Assembly: GCF_000007185.1 (NCBI RefSeq)
Contig: NC_003551.1
Coordinates: 780,001 to 812,000, forward strand
Direction of reading: 5' to 3'
Length of the DNA stretch: 32,000 bases
From: Methanopyrus kandleri AV19
Lineage (GTDB): Archaea; JAADCQ01; Methanopyri; Methanopyrales; Methanopyraceae
Positions 26,368 through 32,000 of this stretch are shown here, piece by piece (positions within the stretch are counted from its first letter, which is position 1; every line of letters begins with the position of its first letter). The notes under the pieces are model-generated. The model ran no database searches, had not been told where the DNA came from, and saw nothing but the letters and a program-made list of their open reading frames with translations. A program made the position numbers and the translations under genes.

Positions 26368-28374
26368 TCATCTGATCCGCTCTCCGGGCTCCACTTCCCT
26401 CTTACTCTCGTCGATAGTCAACAATGCGGGTTCGTCCCCAACGGCCAGGATCATCGCTTCCGACCGTACGCCGAACATCTCTTTGGGTTGGATGTTGGCT
26501 AGTACAACCACCTTACGTCCGACGAGCTCCTCTGGCTCATACGTAGGATACAGTCCGGCTACTGCTGTTACGGTACGATCTCCGATATCGATCCGGAGCT
26601 TGATGAGTCGATCAGAGCCCTCGACACGTTCCGCTTCTTTGATCTTGCCTACCCGCAGGTCTAATCGATTGAATTCCTCGAGCGATACGTACTCGTCGTC
26701 CTGCCCTTCGGACTCTCCTGATTCTTCCGGCAGTAACGCCTTAGCTTTCTCAAGGTCCTCCTCCGTTACCTTCGGGAAAATGGGCTCGGGCTCCGGTATC
26801 TCCTTAGTCTCTACGTCCTCCAAGGCTTCTTCCCAATCGACGTCATGTACGGAGTCTTCGTAACCAAGACTCTGCCAAATCTTCTCCGCACTATCCGGAA
26901 GGAACGGGGCTAACATTACAGCTAGCGCTTTCACAATTCTAGCGCACCCACGTAGAACTTCGGCACAACGCTCTGGATCTTCATCCTTAAGTTTCCACGG
27001 CTCGTGTTCTTGGAAGTACTCATTCCCAAACTTAGATAGACGTAATACCTCTGTGAGCGCCTCCCTGAATCGGAACTTCTCCAGATGTTCCGTCACACGC
27101 TGGTGAGTTTCTTTTATCTTATCGACTATCTCCTGGTCAGTCTCGGCTTCGGGAACGTTTCCGTCTAAGAATCTATAAATAAACGATAGCGTGCGATACA
27201 CAAAGTTACCTAAGTTAGCCACTAATTCGTTGTTCACACGGTCCCGGAAGTCTCCCCACGAGAAATCCGCATCCCTGGTGAGCGGGCTCACCACTATGAG
27301 GTAGTATCGTAGCAGATCCGCAGGGAACAGCTTGGTGAAGTCTTTGACCCACACTACCCAACCACGACTTGTACTCATCTTTTCTCCTTCTAAGGTCAAA
27401 TACTCGCCAGCCACGATAGTGTATGGGAGAGTCGCTCCGACGCCCATGAGCATGGCCGGCCAGAACAGGGCGTGATGGACTATTATGTCCTTACCGATGA
27501 AGTGAACTATTTTCGTATCTTCACTAAACCAGTAGTCTTTCCAGTCTTGACCTACCCTATCACAGTATTGTTTCGTGAACGTTACGTATCCTATAGGAGC
27601 ATCGAACCAAACATAAAACACCTTATCTTCGTATCCTTCCAGGGGAACGGGTACTCCCCAGTCTAGATCACGCACTATATCCCAATCCTTGAGTCCTTCA
27701 CGAACCCATTGGATGGCATAATTACGCACGTTCTTAGGCAGATTGTCGTTGGACTCTAACCACTTCTTCAGATCTTCTTCGAATTCGCTAAGCTTGAAGA
27801 ACAGGTGCATAGTGCGCCGGACCTCTGGCTTCGATCCACAGATGACACACCTCGGCTCTTCGAGTTGTACGGGCTCCAGGTAGCGACCGCAGGCCTCGCA
27901 ATGGTCGCCTCGGGCACCTTCAGCACCGCAGTAGGGGCATACTCCTTCGACGTACCTGTCCGGAAGGGGCCTTTCGCACTCAGGACAGTAGAGTTGTTCG
28001 ACCTCCCTCTCCTCTATGTACCCCGCTTCGTACAACCTCTTGAAAAACCATTGTGTCATATCCACGTGGTCAGGATTGAACTCGCGGCAGGTGCATGAGA
28101 ACTCGTCGAAGTGGATGTTCAATCGCTCTAAGTCCTCTTTGATCATCTCGTGGTATTTTTCCACGATCTCCTCGGGATCCTTCCCCTCGAGCTCGGCCTG
28201 TAGCGCTATCGGGACCCCGTGGTTGTCAGTCCCGCCGATATGTATAGCGTCGATACCACGCATCTTGAGGAACCTCGTGTACACATCGGCGGGGAGGTAC
28301 GTGCTCCTAACGTGGCCGATGTGGAGTGGGCCGTTGGTGTACGCCAAGGCCGTAGTTACGAGTACCTTCCCCAA
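26368..28374 (-). CDS. metG: Methionyl-tRNA synthetase with C-terminal tRNA-binding (EMAPII-like) domain
   Basis: 'TTALAYTNGPLHIGHVRSTYLPADVYTRFLKMRG', zinc knuckles, 'GEKMSTSRGWVV', C-terminal 'FNRLDLRVGKIKEAERVEGSDRLIKLRIDIGDRTVTAVAGLYPTYEPEELVGRKVVVLANIQP'. Confidence 0.97.
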   Translation of the reverse strand: MGKVLVTTALAYTNGPLHIGHVRSTYLPADVYTRFLKMRGIDAIHIGGTDNHGVPIALQAELEGKDPEEIVEKYHEMIKEDLERLNIHFDEFSCTCREFNPDHVDMTQWFFKRLYEAGYIEEREVEQLYCPECERPLPDRYVEGVCPYCGAEGARGDHCEACGRYLEPVQLEEPRCVICGSKPEVRRTMHLFFKLSEFEEDLKKWLESNDNLPKNVRNYAIQWVREGLKDWDIVRDLDWGVPVPLEGYEDKVFYVWFDAPIGYVTFTKQYCDRVGQDWKDYWFSEDTKIVHFIGKDIIVHHALFWPAMLMGVGATLPYTIVAGEYLTLEGEKMSTSRGWVVWVKDFTKLFPADLLRYYLIVVSPLTRDADFSWGDFRDRVNNELVANLGNFVYRTLSFIYRFLDGNVPEAETDQEIVDKIKETHQRVTEHLEKFRFREALTEVLRLSKFGNEYFQEHEPWKLKDEDPERCAEVLRGCARIVKALAVMLAPFLPDSAEKIWQSLGYEDSVHDVDWEEALEDVETKEIPEPEPIFPKVTEEDLEKAKALLPEESGESEGQDDEYVSLEEFNRLDLRVGKIKEAERVEGSDRLIKLRIDIGDRTVTAVAGLYPTYEPEELVGRKVVVLANIQPKEMFGVRSEAMILAVGDEPALLTIDESKREVEPGERIR

Positions 28375-28380
28375 TACCGG

Positions 28381-29748
28381 CTACCCCCAAATGCACCTGG
28401 CTACGTCCGTGAACGTCACTATCCGGGACACGACCACCCCGTGGCGCCTCAGCTGCTTCACCATAGAAGGTACGAGATTCACCTCACGATCGACCTCGGC
28501 TCCCAGTTCGACCCGGTAGACGCTCCCCATCTTTTTGACGCCGAGAACTCCCACCACACCGTCAGTCGACTTCAGGGCTTCGGTTAAGTCGCGGGGGGAA
28601 CCGTACAGGACTCGCAGCTCCAGGATGTACCCGCGAATTTTGCGGACCCTCGCTTTGGGAACCTGGAGTTTGACACCGCGCTTCGTTTTCACACAGGCCG
28701 TTACGCGGCCGTCGGTGACGCGGATAGAAACCGCTTCCACTCCTGGAATTCGCGACAGTTCGGCGCGTACCTCCGCGGGGTCCCCGTTCGACACGTCGAC
28801 CCGGTAGTAATCGTGCTCCGATGCCAGCCCTAGTGTGGAGCGCAGCGGTTCCGCTACGGGGAGGTGGGGCACGAGCATGCCGAGTAGGCACAACGATACC
28901 GCCAGTGTGCTCCTTCGGGTGATCCTGTCGACCGTGGACGGGAGCAGAGAGGATAGGAAAGCCGTCCAGAGGTACGTCAACGTATGATACGCCGGTAAGT
29001 AGAACAGGACTTGGCGGAACGCGTCCAGACCTCCTAACACCCCGAGCGAGGCTATCGGTGGGGCGACGGTTCTAATCCTCGAAGCTAGGAGTATCGACAG
29101 GCCCACGACGGACGGGTTCGCCAGCGGTCCGCCGTCCAAGCACCCTAGGCAGAGCAGGGACCCGGCGATCGACAAGACGATGGCCTTCTCGGTCCGGTCG
29201 GCTCGTAAAGGTACTATCCACGCCAGTACGACGTAAGCTATCGCCAGCAGGGCGAGTACTGGGAGTGGTACCCACGGTGGTAGCACGAACGACAGGGGTA
29301 CGCCGCAGTGGAATTCGATCTTAGGCTCACCGAATATTGCCGAAATCAGCGCTCCGAGACACGCTTTCACGGCGTGACAGTGGTAAAAGGAGGACGTCTC
29401 TGGACGCTCCGTCAGCGTGACTATACAGGTACCTAAGCCCGGGTTGAACCCGGCTTCATATATCATCAGTAGCTGGAGCGCCGGAGGCACCGCTAGGATG
29501 GCTGCCATCAGCGCGTACGTCACCCACGTATCGATTTTCGGGAGGGGAATGCGTGAACGGTACGGGAGCACGAGGAAAAGCAGGCCGAGGTGTAGGAGGA
29601 GCATAACGTCCTTGGCTTCGGTTGACCCCAATATCATCGGGTAGAGCGCATCGTGTATCCTCCACTTGATCTCGGAGTCGGAGATCAGAACTACGGCGGC
29701 CAGTGTGAAACACACGGCTGATAATAGAATCGGCCCACGGACTCTCAC
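28381..29748 (-). CDS. Uncharacterized polytopic membrane protein fused to C-terminal repeated alpha/beta domains
   Basis: Multiple TM segments (motifs 'YPMILGSTEAK', 'HCHAVKAC', 'GCLDGG'), then soluble 'HDYYRVDVSNGDPAEVRAELSRIPGVEAVSIRVTDGRVTACVKTK...ILELRVLYGSPRDLTEALKSTDGVVGVLGVKKMGSVYRVELG'. GTG start 29748. Confidence 0.8.
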   Translation of the reverse strand: MRVRGPILLSAVCFTLAAVVLISDSEIKWRIHDALYPMILGSTEAKDVMLLLHLGLLFLVLPYRSRIPLPKIDTWVTYALMAAILAVPPALQLLMIYEAGFNPGLGTCIVTLTERPETSSFYHCHAVKACLGALISAIFGEPKIEFHCGVPLSFVLPPWVPLPVLALLAIAYVVLAWIVPLRADRTEKAIVLSIAGSLLCLGCLDGGPLANPSVVGLSILLASRIRTVAPPIASLGVLGGLDAFRQVLFYLPAYHTLTYLWTAFLSSLLPSTVDRITRRSTLAVSLCLLGMLVPHLPVAEPLRSTLGLASEHDYYRVDVSNGDPAEVRAELSRIPGVEAVSIRVTDGRVTACVKTKRGVKLQVPKARVRKIRGYILELRVLYGSPRDLTEALKSTDGVVGVLGVKKMGSVYRVELGAEVDREVNLVPSMVKQLRRHGVVVSRIVTFTDVARCIWG

Positions 29749-29801
29749 CGTCGGTTTGCCCGTCGTCCCGTCTTTCCCTATCGCCTATTAACGTTCCCTG
29801 G

Positions 29802-30419
29802 TCATAGAACGTATCCCCACTTCACCGGCGTCACGTTGGCGACCCCCACAGGCTTCAGACCTGCTAGCTTCAGTGCGCCGGTAACCGAGTAAGCCACCGG
29901 GTACTCCTCCTCTAACGAGGCGACCTCGAATACGTACACCGACCCGCGGCGCTCCACTTTGAATATGGCGAGAATCGTCGGGGCACTCGCCACCTTGCGT
30001 GCAGCTACACTTGCCGGGATCTTCGGATCCTCTACGGCGACTTCAACCACATAAGCGTTCACGGAGTTCAAGAACACTGCCGGAGCTTTTCCGAGTCCCG
30101 CTTTCCTTAACGCCTGACTCAGTTCCTGCGCTATATCGTACTTCGACACCGGAGTGGGCGCCTTCACTATGATGTACGCGTCACACGATGAAGGTGCTGT
30201 CCTGATCCCTCCCACCCTGATCACGTAAGGACACTTGAGCAGTGCCCGCTTGACATCCCCTGGCTCCACCGATCCCTTGACGTTCGTGATCGCTACGTGA
30301 TAACACCCGACTCTGGCTCCCTTTGAAGAGATCGACCACTGGTAAGTTATCACTCCCATCAACGCACCGATAAAGATCGCCGAGATGAGCAGGACGGCTA
30401 CGATCTTAGTCCTCAACAC
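29802..30419 (-). CDS. Membrane-anchored protein with repeated betaalphabetabeta-like extracytoplasmic domains
   Basis: Single N-terminal TM 'LRTKIVAVLLISAIFIGALMGVITY', then 'GCYHVAITNVKGSVEPGDVKRALLKCPYVIRVGGIRTAPSSCDAYIIVKAP...'. Plausible GTG 30419 overlaps the stop of the upstream gene (track start 30473). Confidence 0.75.
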   Translation of the reverse strand: MLRTKIVAVLLISAIFIGALMGVITYQWSISSKGARVGCYHVAITNVKGSVEPGDVKRALLKCPYVIRVGGIRTAPSSCDAYIIVKAPTPVSKYDIAQELSQALRKAGLGKAPAVFLNSVNAYVVEVAVEDPKIPASVAARKVASAPTILAIFKVERRGSVYVFEVASLEEEYPVAYSVTGALKLAGLKPVGVANVTPVKWGYVL

Positions 30420-31270
30420 TACCACCCCTGTCCCCTGGCGATCGCGGTCATCAGGAGGAGGGCCACCGCCCATACTACGGAGTTAGGAGCTAACGGGGAC
30501 GTCAGGTACCAGACCACACGGATCGTCGCCTGAAGGAGCATCGGTGTCAGGCCGATGAGAACGGCGATGATCACGTATCGTCGTACGGGAAGCGGTCCTA
30601 ACGCCCACACGATGAGCATCCCTAGTCCGATAACCATCGGTTTACACATGAACCCACCATCTACGGCTCCGAGCACTACGAGAAATCCCGCCCATGATAG
30701 CAGTAGCGATTCGGCTGCACTCCCGCGCTCGTGGAACACGGCTAATGGTGACAGGATGGCTAAGATCACGTAGGATGCGATTACGGCGGCAGTGAAGATC
30801 ACGGCGGCCCACGTGGGCATGAACTTGGACAAAACGGATCCATAATGGTACTTAGTCGGAATCGGACCTATAACGTAGTTCATGACCTTCCCTACGCACG
30901 CCTTGAGGGAGTGGGTGTGAGTCAGCGAGGAGGTCTCACCGACCGACGACCCCCCGGACACGACGACCAAAGTGCCAGCTTTCAGGCCGTACGGGGTGTT
31001 GTATTGCAGTATCATCTGAGCCAGGTAGGGGCTCGTAAGGATCAGGAGCGCGAGGCATAATATCAATCTCCCCGAAGCGAGGACCTCGATCCATCGGCTC
31101 GGTATCGAAGGGGATGACCAGAGCAATAGGCACATCAGCCCGAGGTGGGCTAGTAGTATAGCTGGTTTGGCCTCCGTGGATCCCGTTAAAAGTGGGTAGA
31201 AAAACTTCCTGAAAATCCCGTCGAGAGGCGTATCGGCCAGAATAAGGGTGGCAGAGATCGAGAGTAACAC
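30419..31270 (-). CDS. Uncharacterized polytopic membrane protein, paralogue of the N-terminal half of the 28381-29748 product
   Basis: Many TM segments; shares 'FYPLLTGSTEAKPAILLAHLGL', 'HTHSLKACVG', 'SYVILAILSPL', 'LGAVDGG' with the 28381-29748 product. Confidence 0.78.
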   Translation of the reverse strand: MLLSISATLILADTPLDGIFRKFFYPLLTGSTEAKPAILLAHLGLMCLLLWSSPSIPSRWIEVLASGRLILCLALLILTSPYLAQMILQYNTPYGLKAGTLVVVSGGSSVGETSSLTHTHSLKACVGKVMNYVIGPIPTKYHYGSVLSKFMPTWAAVIFTAAVIASYVILAILSPLAVFHERGSAAESLLLSWAGFLVVLGAVDGGFMCKPMVIGLGMLIVWALGPLPVRRYVIIAVLIGLTPMLLQATIRVVWYLTSPLAPNSVVWAVALLLMTAIARGQGW

Positions 31271-31292
31271 GAGCGATGCAGCGAAGTAGAGA

Positions 31293-32000
31293 TTACCCGA
31301 CTTCGAGGATCTCTTCGACGATCTCCGCGACGGCGCTTCGCCCCCTTCTTATGAGCCACTCTCCACGTGGCTTGCGGGCCATCTGGACGGCGTCCTCCGC
31401 ACCGGAGCTTTCGCTTAAGTACATTACCGGTACGCCGGACTCTTCGGCGATCCAATGGCTCAGGTGTTTGGGATGCACTTCCGACACCTTCACGGCCTTC
31501 TTCGCCACCACACAGGCTTCTATCGTGACCCCGAACCCTCCGGCGAACACTACCGTATCGGCCAGCATCATTACTCCGGGTAAATCCACGAATTCCCGAA
31601 CGCACTCGAAGCCCTCTGGAGGGCTTACCCTGAACGGCACCACCACAGGATCGTGGTCCTCGAGATCGGAGAGCAGTCGTCGGGCTCCTTCCTCCGTGAT
31701 GTCGCCACCCAAACATACCAGTACGCGACCTTCGTACTCTTCCGGTACGGGTCCCGGAATACGACCGGATAGGTGGCGGTCCGCTAGGTACTGGGCCAAC
31801 GGTGCCCCGGAAACCACCTTAGTCTCAACTCCCACCCGTCGTTTGAGTACCTCCGCCCACTTCTCCGAGAACGGCACCAGCACACGCGTCGCCCATCGGA
31901 CGGCTTCCACGGGGTTGTACACGTCCATCTCTAAGTGTACGGAGGGGATCCCTAGCATCCGAGATGCTATCAGAGACTTCCTGGCGTCCCCGGTGTTACC
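31293..32000 (-). CDS. MurG/GT28-like glycosyltransferase, partial (5' end beyond window)
   Basis: Frame stays open to the right edge (GNTGDARKSLIASRMLGIPSVHLEMDVY...); 'RVLVCLGGDITEEGARRLL', 'LADTVVFAGGFGVTIEACVVAKKAVKV' resemble the GT-B C-terminal donor site. Confidence 0.6.
   Translation of the reverse strand, partial: GNTGDARKSLIASRMLGIPSVHLEMDVYNPVEAVRWATRVLVPFSEKWAEVLKRRVGVETKVVSGAPLAQYLADRHLSGRIPGPVPEEYEGRVLVCLGGDITEEGARRLLSDLEDHDPVVVPFRVSPPEGFECVREFVDLPGVMMLADTVVFAGGFGVTIEACVVAKKAVKVSEVHPKHLSHWIAEESGVPVMYLSESSGAEDAVQMARKPRGEWLIRRGRSAVAEIVEEILEVG

Noticed and set aside
26363-26863. Plus-strand ORF opposite the 3' end of metG
   Set aside because: Antisense to the conserved EMAPII-like domain of MetRS; Ser/Arg-rich.
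31186-31716. Minus-strand 176-aa ORF overlapping the glycosyltransferase
   Set aside because: Alternative frame to the open reading frame with GT-B-like motifs; Arg/Gly-rich translation typical of out-of-frame high-GC DNA.
1-32000. CRISPR array, transposon or integrase
   Set aside because: No regularly spaced repeats, terminal inverted repeats, or recombinase/transposase motifs were seen in any frame.

Overview
This is a densely packed archaeal chromosomal window. Gene content (TBP, Spt5, P0, aIF1, L14e, CofE-like and methanogen-type proteins) and the high-GC, extensively overlapping layout suggest a hyperthermophilic methanogen of the Methanopyrus type; that assignment is inference. From left to right it holds: a partial pheT; an ftsZ-secE-spt5-rpl11-rpl1-rplP0 information-processing cluster; a THEP1-type NTPase whose 5' end is missing from the supplied ORF track because it has no ATG/GTG/TTG start; a fumarate reductase/SdhA-like flavoprotein; adenine deaminase; a GT-C-like membrane protein; a secreted/anchored lineage-type protein; ilvC-rpl14e; an orphan membrane protein; a Ski2-like helicase with extra Cys clusters; a low-GC secreted protein; a CofE-like protein; TBP; an ASKHA-like (possible methanogenesis marker 12) protein; rpl22-rps3-rpl29-aIF1; an antiparallel methyltransferase; a candidate RNase P Rpp29; stomatin/NfeD; a disulfide-oxidoreductase-like flavoprotein; metG; and a cluster of uncharacterized membrane proteins next to a partial glycosyltransferase. 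The best candidates for undescribed biology are the duplicated membrane + small-domain module at 28381-31270 (one copy fused, one copy split), a 51-nt C/D box-like sRNA candidate at 10531-10581 (-), the THEP1 gene with no canonical start, the low-GC orphan secreted protein, and the remodelled rpl22/rnp1 neighbourhood. I saw no CRISPR array, tRNA, rRNA or transposase.
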